Shown here piece after piece: positions 9,548-17,536 of a stretch of 64,000 nt of DNA. The notes beneath the pieces were generated by a model. The model was not told the DNA's origin and ran no database searches. It saw nothing but the letters and a program-made list of their open reading frames with translations. Where the stretch lies: NCBI GenBank assembly GCA_018335875.1, contig JAGXRN010000067.1:20688-84687 (forward strand). Reading direction: 5' to 3'. The position numbers and the translations under genes were made by a program. Numbering within the stretch: position 1 is the stretch's first letter; the number at the start of each line of letters is the position of its first letter. This DNA comes from Dethiobacter sp. (lineage in GTDB: Bacteria; Bacillota; Dethiobacteria; Dethiobacterales; Dethiobacteraceae).

Positions 9548-10726
9548 ATGCGGCATATTATCCACGTGGACATGAATGCCTTTTTTGCATCGTGCCACCA
9601 GGCCGAAAACCCTGCATGGAAAGGCAAACAACTTCTGGTGGCAGGCGACCCCCAAAAGAGGCACGGTATTATACTCACCGCGTCTTATGAAGCCAGAAGG
9701 TGCGGTGTGAAAACAGCAATGGCTGTCTGGCAGGCCAGAAAGCTTTGCCCCCACGCAATCTTTGTCCCGCCTGACCACAGGCTTTACCTGGATTACTCAT
9801 TTAGGATACTGGAAATACTGCGCAGCTATACGCCCCTGGTGGAGCCTTTTTCTATTGATGAAGCATGGCTCGATGTATCAGGCTGTGAACGTTTATTGGG
9901 TACAGCTGCCGATATCGGCCGTGATTTACAGTTCCGTATTGAGCAGGAATTAAATATCCCCTCTTCAATCGGCATATCCTGTAACAAGTTTTTGGCCAAG
10001 ATGGCGTCGGAGCGCCGCAAACCCCGTGGCTTTACAGAAATTCGCCCGGAAGATGTGCCGGCGGTCCTCTGGCCCCTGCCGGTGGGAGAACTGGTGGGAG
10101 TGGGCAGGAAGATGGCTCCTAAGCTGGCGGAGATGGGAGTGGAGACTATCGGACAACTGGCGGCCATGCCTGTACGCTTGCTGGAGAGCCGCTTTGGTGT
10201 TATCGGCGAGGCACTGCATCGCCTGGCCCATGGCCGTGACGATTCCCCTGTGGATCCTGCAGCCCTCGATGATGTAAAGTCAGTAGGCCACTCAATAACG
10301 CTGCCTGCAGACATTAACAATCCTGAGGACGTGGCGGCGGTACTGCTTGATTTAAGTGAGCGTGTGGGCAGACGGCTGCGGCATGGCGATTATATGTCAA
10401 GAACAATTACTCTTACTGTTAAAGACCATAATTTTGTCACTACTACACGTTCCCGCACTCTAACTGAACCCACCAGTTTAACTGATGTAATTTATCAGAC
10501 AGCAAGGGAAATTTACCACAGAAGTTTTGAGCCCTGGAGAAAAGTAAGGCTGCTCGGCATCAGTGCTTCGAATCTGTCAAAGCCCGAAAACGGCCACCAA
10601 CTCCGCCTGTTTGACAGCGGAGGCGAGAGACTCAACCTCCTCACAAAGGCAGTGGACCGTGTCAGAGACCGCTTTGGTGAAGACGCCCTGATGCGGGCAA
10701 GGCTGTATGGAAAGGAAGAGGAATAA
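9548..10726 (+). CDS. dinB: DNA polymerase IV (Y-family)
   Basis: IIHVDMNAFFASC, SIDEAWLDV and the little-finger region. ATG at 9548 follows a G-rich RBS. Confidence 0.93.
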   Translation: MRHIIHVDMNAFFASCHQAENPAWKGKQLLVAGDPQKRHGIILTASYEARRCGVKTAMAVWQARKLCPHAIFVPPDHRLYLDYSFRILEILRSYTPLVEPFSIDEAWLDVSGCERLLGTAADIGRDLQFRIEQELNIPSSIGISCNKFLAKMASERRKPRGFTEIRPEDVPAVLWPLPVGELVGVGRKMAPKLAEMGVETIGQLAAMPVRLLESRFGVIGEALHRLAHGRDDSPVDPAALDDVKSVGHSITLPADINNPEDVAAVLLDLSERVGRRLRHGDYMSRTITLTVKDHNFVTTTRSRTLTEPTSLTDVIYQTAREIYHRSFEPWRKVRLLGISASNLSKPENGHQLRLFDSGGERLNLLTKAVDRVRDRFGEDALMRARLYGKEEE

Positions 10727-10731
10727 TAATT

Positions 10732-11145
10732 TCAGATAGCACGGTGGCCGAGCCCTATAGCCACCTCATTTAAGTGCAGTAGTCCGATGGCAAAGAAAAT
10801 GGCCACAGCTACATGGTCTCCTTTGCGGGCAATACCCACTTTGCCACCCACATTTAACCCCAGGGCTTTGGGCATGATCTGTGAAAGAGCTTCGCGCGTA
10901 GCGCCGGCCACTCCACCCTCACCAAGGTGAGTGGTTTCGATCACACCCTCTCTCTTGGCTGCTACCACAGCTCTTTCCACAACTTTCTGTACAGAGGAAA
11001 TAAATTCACCGCCGTAGTCGACGGCGGTTGCACGTATACCCTCCCTTGCCAGTTCGGATTTTAGTTCACGTTCATGTTCACGGTCAACTGTAAGGGCAAG
11101 ACGGATGGCAGCGCTTGCTATTACTTTACTTTCCAATTGGCTCAT
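10732..11145 (-). CDS. HutP-family RNA-binding antiterminator homolog
   Basis: The C-terminus DHVAVAIFFAIGLLHLNEVAIGLGHRAI resembles the B. subtilis HutP C-terminus (...IAVSLYGTIGAPIKGLEHETFGVGINHI). Length is 137 aa. It has its own TTGTCT-N17-TATAAT promoter upstream. Confidence 0.8.
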   Translation of the reverse strand: MSQLESKVIASAAIRLALTVDREHERELKSELAREGIRATAVDYGGEFISSVQKVVERAVVAAKREGVIETTHLGEGGVAGATREALSQIMPKALGLNVGGKVGIARKGDHVAVAIFFAIGLLHLNEVAIGLGHRAI

Positions 11146-11292
11146 TATTTCACCTTCCAGCGGTATAATCCGTTTATTATCGCTGGCTTCATTATACAGG
11201 AAGAATTAGTTAAAGACAATAAAAAGGCACGCTGTGCCACCTTTAAACTGAGCAAGGGAAATGCTCATATTTTTTTGTCCATCTGTTTGACT

Positions 11293-11544
11293 TCAGAAAA
11301 TATTAAGCTCAAGCGCCTCAGACAACATGTCCTTTTTAAAGCCTACTATAACAGAGTCATTAACTGTGGTCACCGGTGCTGCTTTTTGTCCTGATATAAG
11401 CCACATTTCCTCGAAGGCGTTTCGGTCTTCAATGATATTGTATTCTTTGAATTCAAAGTTATGCTGTGAAAGGAACTCTTTCACCTCAAGGCACGACATT
11501 CAGAACTTTCCCGCTGCATAAACCGTAATCACGGGTTGAGACAT
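11293..11544 (-). CDS. Glutaredoxin/NrdH-like selenoprotein candidate (UxxC), in-frame TGA at 11500-11502
   Basis: RBS GGAGAG is followed by an ATG at 11544. Translation reads MSQPVITVYAAGKF-TGA-MSCLEVKEFLSQHNFEFKEYNI...APVTTVNDSVIVGF. This is a thioredoxin fold with TGA exactly at the first position of the CxxC motif. The ORF track sees only the part 3' of the TGA. Confidence 0.7.
11466..11484 (-). promoter_or_regulatory. SECIS-like hairpin for the glutaredoxin-like gene
   Basis: On the mRNA the hairpin is GUGAAAG-AGUUC-CUUUCAC. It is a 7-bp perfect stem that begins 15 nt after UGA, with G at the second loop position. Confidence 0.45.
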
Positions 11545-11577
11545 TTTCTATCACTCTCCGTAGTCGATTCTGTAACG

Positions 11578-11799
11578 CTACTTTTTGCGGGTTGGCCAAC
11601 CCAGCAAGTCAAGTAAAATTCAATAACGCGACACACCTTCAATTATAAGGAAAACGCCCAAGAGAACGGCAACTGCAGCACCAATATAACTGCCGGGAAA
11701 AACACGCAGCGCCCCCAAAGCGACGAGTATGCTGCCTGCTATGATGCGGATGGCCATATCAAGACGGCCGATATTGCGTTTTAAACGGAATAAATACAT
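11578..11799 (-). CDS. DUF2892 (YgaP-like TM domain) selenoprotein candidate, in-frame TGA at 11620-11622
   Basis: RBS GGGAGG lies 8 nt before the ATG at 11799. Translation reads MYLFRLKRNIGRLDMAIRIIAG...IIEGVSRY-TGA-ILLDLLGWPTRKK-TAG. The TGA sits where the family has its conserved Cys (..G.CPLY.LLG..T). Confidence 0.7.
11587..11605 (-). promoter_or_regulatory. SECIS-like hairpin for the DUF2892 gene
   Basis: On the mRNA the hairpin is GC-U(bulge)-GGGUU-GGCC-AACCC-GC. It begins 14 nt after UGA, has a loop starting GG and carries a bulged U. Confidence 0.55.
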
Positions 11800-11856
11800 A
11801 AAAAAACCTCCCGCTTTAGTGTTTGGCTGCAGGAGGAAATTATGCGCCATTTAAAA

Positions 11857-12111
11857 CTATAGCATACTTAGAATGGCATACTTTACCGCCTGAAGCACCA
11901 CCCAGGCCAGCAGGGGGGAAAGATCGACCGGTAAAGAGGTTTTTGGCAATATCTTTCTGAAAGGTGCCAGCAGCGGCTCTGTGCCTTCGTAAAGCAGGCG
12001 TATCAGGGGACTTTTAGGATTGTGGGGAAGCCAAGATAATATAACGCGCGCTATTATCAGCCAAATGAGTAAATCAAAAAATAGTGCAATAATATTTGGC
12101 AGTTGTGACAC
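11857..12111 (-). CDS. YggT-family membrane protein
   Basis: 84 aa with two TM segments. The motifs ARVILSWLP and PLLAPFRKILP are typical of YggT/Ycf19. GTG start follows GGGAAGGAG, and an extended -10 (TGATACAAT) lies upstream. Confidence 0.85.
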   Translation of the reverse strand: MSQLPNIIALFFDLLIWLIIARVILSWLPHNPKSPLIRLLYEGTEPLLAPFRKILPKTSLPVDLSPLLAWVVLQAVKYAILSML

Positions 12112-12201
12112 AAAACCAGCTCCTTCCCAATACTAAGATTTATTGTATCATAAGCATCCCGGTTTGGGTAGGTGCATGCGCTTGTTTTGTATTTTTGTAT
12201 T

Positions 12202-12480
12202 TTATTGTGCGTCCCACGGCCCCGGGCAGGATACAGCGCTTAAGCTCCTGTGGTTAGAGGAGAAATGATAAATATTTTCCACCTCAGCCTGGCCTGAGGC
12301 TATAAGACGGGTGACTTTCTCAAGCCTGTCTAGGGGGAAACGGGCAGCGATGCCGCACGATGAAGAGATAATACGAGGCACAGGAATGAGTGTAACCGGC
12401 TCCTGTAGTGAATTCATCAGTTTTTCAAAGCGCAGGGCGTGGGAAACCGATGGAAATGAGGCAACGCAATATGTTTCCAA
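12202..12480 (-). CDS. DUF3343 protein (putative Se/S carrier, YedF C-terminal-like)
   Basis: FPSVSHALRFEKLM...LIPVPRIISSSCGIAARF matches the DUF3343 signature (PxPRxISSxCGxAxRF). Confidence 0.65.
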   Translation of the reverse strand: METYCVASFPSVSHALRFEKLMNSLQEPVTLIPVPRIISSSCGIAARFPLDRLEKVTRLIASGQAEVENIYHFSSNHRSLSAVSCPGPWDAQ

Positions 12481-12496
12481 GTCATTTGTCAGTCCT

Positions 12497-12721
12497 TTAT
12501 TTTTGTTTTATACTGATAATAAAATGAGTTTCCTTTTCCTCAACAGCAAAAGTATATCCGGAATTTTTCGCAAAGCGGCTGATATTCTCCACAGACACCT
12601 TGCTGTCGGATAAAATAGTCATACTGCCGGTGGATATTTTGCCCAGAAAGTCCTTTGTCCTGACAACGGGCTCAGGGCAGGATAGGCCGCGTACATCGAG
12701 GACTTCACTCTTAGACGTCAT
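12497..12721 (-). CDS. TusA/SirA-like sulfur(selenium)transferase (YedF N-terminal-like)
   Basis: LDVRGLSCPEPVVRTK carries the CPxP active-site motif. Length is 74 aa. It overlaps the yedE 3' end by 11 nt. Confidence 0.85.
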   Translation of the reverse strand: MTSKSEVLDVRGLSCPEPVVRTKDFLGKISTGSMTILSDSKVSVENISRFAKNSGYTFAVEEKETHFIISIKQK

Positions 12722-13802
12722 AGGAAACCTCTCCTTTTAAAGGAACTTTAATTTTGGGTAAAACAGCAGTGAAACCAATACTTAAAAGGAACATAAAACC
12801 AAGGACAACTCCCCATTTTCCATTGGGCGTGGCGCCTGCAGCACTCGAAGCCAGCCCGAAGTTGTGGGCGAATGCCGCACCCACGAGCATCCCCAGGAAA
12901 GACATGCCTGCATCGGCGTCACCCTCACCTGCCATCACTGTCTGACGCAGAGGGCACCCTCCAAGCAAGGTTGAACCCAGTCCCACCAAAGCCAGGCCCA
13001 GGAAATTCCAGATGCCGTCTGTGTGCGCCACGGGCTGTGAGCTAAAGCCAAGCCTGAAATAGCCAAAGCCAAGGTTAAAGATAAGGGCGGTGATAAAAAT
13101 AGCCAGTGAGCCGTAGAGAAGATGAGGGTCTTTTAAAAGAAACAGATCACGGAAGCAGCCTGCCTGGCAGAGCCTGCTGCGCTGAACAACTATTCCTATG
13201 AGCAGCCCTGCGGCAAGAGAGACAGCGAAAGGGGCTCGAAAAGAGCCGGGACCGCTTTCACTGAAAAATATAAATGCCGGTGCAACCACTGCCAGTAAAA
13301 CCAAGATAATTGCTACGGCAGGGATGGAGAGGCCGTTGGCACGGACCAGATTGACGGAGCGTCCAAGCGAAAATCCCCGCCGCAGGAAAAAGACGCCTGC
13401 AAAAATCCCGGCAATAAATCCAAAGAGTCCGACAAGAGCATTAAGGTCGCCTGCTGAGAGTCGAAGCAGCATGCGCAGCGGGCAGCCCAAAAAAACGAGT
13501 GCTCCAATCATGACAGTGAATCCCAGCAGGAAACGAAGCATAGGGGAGGAGCCGCCGCGGGCGCGAAACTCGCCTGTAAATAGAGATATCAGGAAGGAAC
13601 CAAGAATAAAGCCGGATATTTCAGGCCTCAAATATTGGACTGCTGCGGTACGGTGCAGTCCCAATCCACCCGCTATATCGCGGTAAAAGCATGCCACACA
13701 TACTCCCATGTTGGCAGGATTGCCAAATTTAACAAGCACTACGCCAAGCAATCCCAAAAAAACGCCGGAACAAACTATGAGCCGCCTTTCCAAACAGATC
13801 AC
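12711..13802 (-). CDS. yedE: YedE/YeeE-family membrane protein (selenium/thiosulfate-related transporter)
   Basis: 363-aa polytopic protein. It has GNPANMGVCVACFYRDIAG near the N-terminus and a second Cys motif (RLCQAGCFRD). Confidence 0.85.
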   Translation of the reverse strand: MICLERRLIVCSGVFLGLLGVVLVKFGNPANMGVCVACFYRDIAGGLGLHRTAAVQYLRPEISGFILGSFLISLFTGEFRARGGSSPMLRFLLGFTVMIGALVFLGCPLRMLLRLSAGDLNALVGLFGFIAGIFAGVFFLRRGFSLGRSVNLVRANGLSIPAVAIILVLLAVVAPAFIFFSESGPGSFRAPFAVSLAAGLLIGIVVQRSRLCQAGCFRDLFLLKDPHLLYGSLAIFITALIFNLGFGYFRLGFSSQPVAHTDGIWNFLGLALVGLGSTLLGGCPLRQTVMAGEGDADAGMSFLGMLVGAAFAHNFGLASSAAGATPNGKWGVVLGFMFLLSIGFTAVLPKIKVPLKGEVSYDV

Positions 13803-13869
13803 CTCTTGTAAATATTTTCACATTTACCCTAATTATATTGGCAAAACTTTGTCAGGACAAATAGCTTTC

Positions 13870-13896
13870 ATCTATAACATATTCTGACCTATAGAT
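13870..13896. promoter_or_regulatory. Inverted repeat in the divergent promoter region (candidate LysR-type operator)
   Basis: ATCTATA-N13-TATAGAT lies between yedE and the LysR gene. Confidence 0.3.
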
Positions 13897-13977
13897 AAGA
13901 TAAGGAACAAAGATTCAAAAATTCATGCAGGAATTCTACCCTGCCATGTGAAAATACTCGCACAGGAGAGTGAAAAA

Positions 13978-14889
13978 ATGGAGTTTTATCAGCTTGAAGC
14001 TTTTGTAATGGTGGTATCTCAGCGCTCATTTTCACGGGCTGCCGATATGCTCTATCTCAGCCAACCTACTGTGAGCGCTCATGTGAAGAGTCTGGAAAAC
14101 ACGCTGGGCACTGCTTTGTTCGACCGCGGCAAAGGGGAGATAATGCTTACGCCGGCAGGAGAAACACTTTACCGTTATGCCTGTGATATGCTTGATTTGA
14201 GAAAAAAAACTATCTGCGAGATCAGTGAGAAAAAAGTTAGCGCTGAAGTCCTGACAATGGCAGCCTCGTCAGTGCCCTGCCAGTATTTTTTACCAGGCGC
14301 CATAGCACGGTTTGAAAAAAAAATCCCCACTGCCACCGTGTGCCTTAAACAGGAAAACTCCCGCCGTGTTTGCGAAAGTGTGTTTAACTATCAGTACCCG
14401 CTTGGAGTAGTCGGAGAAAGACACAATCTGCCGCGGCTGGCCTATGTTCCTTTGATGGAAGATATTTTGGTGGCGGCAATCCCCAATCGTGAAGAATATA
14501 AAAGTGTTCTGGCACGAAAAGAATTGTCGGTTGAAGATCTGACAGAATTCAGGCTTCTCCTGCGGGAGCCCGGTTCAGGCACACGCTCTTTGCTGGAAAA
14601 AGAACTGCAGCGCGTGGGGGTGGGCTTGGGCCGCTTTCGTATCAGCATTTATGAAAGCCAGGAGACTATTAAGCAGGCTGTTAGACAGGGCCTTGGCGTT
14701 ACAGTAATTTCGCGCTTTGTGGTGGAAGACTATGAACAGTTCGGCTTATTGTCAACCCGTCCCTTAAGAGGGCTTGAGCTTGCGCGCCGGTTTTCTCTTG
14801 TCTACCATGACAAGCGTGTGCTATCCAATGCGGGCAGGGAACTGCGCCGGTTTTTGATATCTTTTTTTACAGCTGAGGAGGAGAAATAA
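13978..14889 (+). CDS. LysR-family transcriptional regulator
   Basis: MEFYQLEAFVMVVSQRSFSRAADMLYLSQPTVSAHVKSLE is an HTH. The ATG at 13978 follows GGAGAG. Confidence 0.9.
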   Translation: MEFYQLEAFVMVVSQRSFSRAADMLYLSQPTVSAHVKSLENTLGTALFDRGKGEIMLTPAGETLYRYACDMLDLRKKTICEISEKKVSAEVLTMAASSVPCQYFLPGAIARFEKKIPTATVCLKQENSRRVCESVFNYQYPLGVVGERHNLPRLAYVPLMEDILVAAIPNREEYKSVLARKELSVEDLTEFRLLLREPGSGTRSLLEKELQRVGVGLGRFRISIYESQETIKQAVRQGLGVTVISRFVVEDYEQFGLLSTRPLRGLELARRFSLVYHDKRVLSNAGRELRRFLISFFTAEEEK

Positions 14890-16046
14890 TGCGCGAAATC
14901 TATGCCGACCATGCAGCTACCACTTTCCCCCGCCCGCCTGCAGTGGCTGCTGCTATGACAGCTTACCTCAATAACATCGGCTGCAGTCCCGGGCGGGGAG
15001 GCTATAAAAGGTCTCTCGATGCCGCCAGGCTTGTCTATGAATCCAGGTCCCGCCTGGCGGAGTTGTTTAATGCCGCCCGCCCGGAGCAGGTGATATTTAC
15101 TCCCAGCGTTACCTACTCGCTAAACCTGTTGCTGAAAGGCCTGCTGCGCACTGGCGATCATGTGTTGGTTTCTTCTGTAGAACACAACTCAGTTGTCCGC
15201 CCCCTGTCACGCCTGGCGGGCGAACTTGAGCTCCAAGTTGAATTCCTCCAGTGCAACCCGGACTCATCCCTCGACCCGCTACAGGTGAAGAAAAAACTGC
15301 GGCCCAGTACAAGACTTGTGATTCTTACCCACGCCTCAAATGTCACCGGGGCGCTGCTGCCGGTCTATGAAACAGGGGAAATACTGGCTGGGACTGACAC
15401 TTTCTATGCCGTTGATGCGGCACAAACTGCCGGTAGTGAAGAAGTTGACTTTGCTGCTCTGCGCTGTGACTACCTGGCCTTTACCGGCCATAAAGGATTG
15501 CTTGGCCCGCCGGGAATCGGGGGCATGTGCATCAGTGAACGTGCAGCCGAGATTACAGAGCCTTTGGTAGAAGGGGGGACAGGCAGCCGCTCCGAACAGG
15601 AGCGCCAACCCGGCTTTCTGCCGGATAAATTTGAGAGCGGCACACAAAACGTGCCTGGAATTGCCGGTTTGAATGCCGGAGTTTTGACTGTACTTGATGC
15701 TGGAACAGAAGCTTTGGGCAGGCAAAAACGAGAGCTGACAGAGCGTTTCCGGCAGGGGCTTGCGCAAATCCCCGGCATCAAAGTTTACGGACCCACTGAC
15801 GCCGCCGCGACAACGGCTACAATATCTGTCAGCATAGAAGGTATGGACAGCGGAGATCTCAGCTTTATACTCGATCAGGCATACGGTATCATGACACGCT
15901 CCGGGCTCCACTGCGCTCCTTACGCCCACCGCACCTTGGGCACATTCCCCGCAGGTACGCTTCGTTTCTCATTCGGTTATGGCAGCACCCAGCTGGACGT
16001 GACAGAAATTCTTGCTGCACTAAAGGAAATAACAACCGCCAGGTAA
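14889..16046 (+). CDS. Class-V aminotransferase: cysteine desulfurase / selenocysteine lyase family
   Basis: THASNVTG, the PLP lysine in FTGHKGLLGPPGIG, and the active-site Cys in RSGLHCAP. It is translationally coupled to the LysR gene (TAATG). Confidence 0.85.
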   Translation: MREIYADHAATTFPRPPAVAAAMTAYLNNIGCSPGRGGYKRSLDAARLVYESRSRLAELFNAARPEQVIFTPSVTYSLNLLLKGLLRTGDHVLVSSVEHNSVVRPLSRLAGELELQVEFLQCNPDSSLDPLQVKKKLRPSTRLVILTHASNVTGALLPVYETGEILAGTDTFYAVDAAQTAGSEEVDFAALRCDYLAFTGHKGLLGPPGIGGMCISERAAEITEPLVEGGTGSRSEQERQPGFLPDKFESGTQNVPGIAGLNAGVLTVLDAGTEALGRQKRELTERFRQGLAQIPGIKVYGPTDAAATTATISVSIEGMDSGDLSFILDQAYGIMTRSGLHCAPYAHRTLGTFPAGTLRFSFGYGSTQLDVTEILAALKEITTAR

Positions 16047-16141
16047 GTGTCACTCAAAAATATTGCTTGGGAGATAATGTTTAAAGAAGAGGATTAATCT
16101 TTTTAAAATTATGCATACTATGGTGTGAAAGGGGTGGTTTG

Positions 16142-16327
16142 ATGCAAATTAAGAGGGCCCAGGAAATAATGGCTGCGCCGGAGAAAATTGAAGTGGTCTA
16201 CAGAGAAGAGCCGGTTTGGCTGGAAGATATTATGAATAACGGAAATGCGTATATAACAGTTGTAGGCAGCTGCCGGACAATGGAGGTGCCTGTTGCAGAA
16301 TTGGTGGAGACAGGAAAAATGGAGTAA
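16142..16327 (+). CDS. sspH: H-type small acid-soluble spore protein
   Basis: MQIKRAQEIMAAPEKIEVVYREEPVWLEDI... parallels B. subtilis SspH (MNIQRAKEIVESPDM..VTYNGVPIYIQHV). Confidence 0.8.
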   Translation: MQIKRAQEIMAAPEKIEVVYREEPVWLEDIMNNGNAYITVVGSCRTMEVPVAELVETGKME

Positions 16328-16332
16328 ATTAC

Positions 16333-16365
16333 AAGACGCAGCGTGCCAAACGGTGCGTCTTTTTG
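16333..16365 (+). terminator. Rho-independent terminator after sspH
   Basis: AGACGCA (16334-16340) / TGCGTCT (16354-16360), then TTTT. Confidence 0.7.
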
Positions 16366-16545
16366 TACAGTAAAGCAGTGTGATAATTTTAATTTCTGAG
16401 AAATAGTATGTAGGGAGACAGGATTTTATTTAAAGTATGAAAGCGAAAAACGGCAGGAGAAAGTAAAACTGTCGCGAAGAATTATAGTAATAGATCAACT
16501 GCCCGTATTTTACCGGTTGCACAAACTTCAGGGAGGGATATTGAG

Positions 16546-16863
16546 ATGTGTGAATACTATTTTGACGACGAGCGGGCCATTGCTTACAAAATCTATCCTG
16601 TTGTTTCCTCTACTCTCAAGGATGAAAAATCTGGTGTGGAAAAAGCCATTCTTGTACATACAAATGTTAAAGCAACTAATTTTAAAAAAGAAAAAGCACG
16701 CAGGCCACTGTCTGAAGTTTACCCCTTAAGCCACTATGACAAGGAGACTGCGGTCGCGGCCTTTTATGAAAAAATACTGGCCAGGGTTTTAGACGGAGCA
16801 CGAAAAATATCTGAACAGGAATATGATTTAATCAAGAACAGAGTAGAGGTAGGGACAGTTTAA
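16546..16863 (+). CDS. Hypothetical protein (105 aa)
   Basis: ATG lies 8 nt after GGGAGGG. I recognise no motif. Confidence 0.5.
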   Translation: MCEYYFDDERAIAYKIYPVVSSTLKDEKSGVEKAILVHTNVKATNFKKEKARRPLSEVYPLSHYDKETAVAAFYEKILARVLDGARKISEQEYDLIKNRVEVGTV

Positions 16864-16914
16864 ACCTATTCACTGCGCTCTGAAAAGGAAAATATTAATA
16901 GCAGGATATTAAGA

Positions 16915-17067
16915 ATTTGGGAGAGACCGTAATGATTAGCGGTCGCCGAAGGATAAATTCAGCTGTGCTGAAAAATCTCTCAGGTCTCAAGGGCAGGGCA
17001 GAATTTACCTCCATAGTACATTGTAAATAGTGTGCAATGGTGAACTCTGGAACTGTCTTTTGTTTTG
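16915..17067 (+). promoter_or_regulatory. Single glycine-riboswitch-like aptamer plus degenerate terminator (duplicate of aptamer 2 of the downstream tandem)
   Basis: GGGAGAGACC...CGCCGAAGGA...CTCTCAGGT...GGCAG core. By eye it is about 75-80% identical to 17394-17540, including the expression platform. Confidence 0.6.
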
Positions 17068-17284
17068 AAAAATTTTAGTAACAACAAAAATAGAACCTTT
17101 AACATAGTGATTTTGGTGCTGCAGTTGGGCCGCTTTTTGCCTGCCTGACAATTATGTTAAAGGTGCAACCTGGCCGATTTACTGTGGAAAACTAAATAAA
17201 AAATTCACACTAAAGCAGGAGATCATTAATTTATATAGAAATAAAATGATTATAAAAATTTAATGTTTTTAAAATTAATATTCT

Positions 17285-17536
17285 ACCGGATGAGGATTGT
17301 GGGAGAGACCTTTAAGTATACACTTAAGGGCACCGAAGGGGCAAAGTCGCTGACTGAAACTCTCAGGTAAAAGTACCGCATTCTGACGGAGCTCTGGAGA
17401 GACCGTGCTGCTTAGCGGTCACCGAAGGAGAAATTCAGCATGCTGAAGAATCTCTCAGGTCAAAGGACAGAGAAGAATTTACCGCTAAAGTACATATTAT
17501 TGGTGTGCAGAGGTAAATTCTGAGACTGTCTTTTTG
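17285..17536 (+). promoter_or_regulatory. Tandem glycine riboswitch with terminator expression platform
   Basis: Aptamer 1 reads GGGAGAGACC..CACCGAAGGGGCAA..CTCTCAGGTAAAAGTAC. Aptamer 2 reads CTGGAGAGACC..CACCGAAGGAG..CTCTCAGGTCAAAGGACAG. A long imperfect terminator follows (GACAGAGAAGAATTTACC / GGTAAATTCTGAGACTGTC + TTTTT), and its 5' arm overlaps the 3' end of aptamer 2. Confidence 0.85.

Noticed and set aside
13198-13686. 162-aa plus-strand Arg/Pro/Ser-rich ORF
   Set aside because: It is antisense to yedE. Its composition is what translating the complement of a hydrophobic membrane gene produces.
15336-15929. 197-aa and 103-aa minus-strand ORFs inside the class-V aminotransferase gene
   Set aside because: They are antisense shadows of a gene with clear PLP-lysine and active-site Cys motifs. 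They have no RBS.
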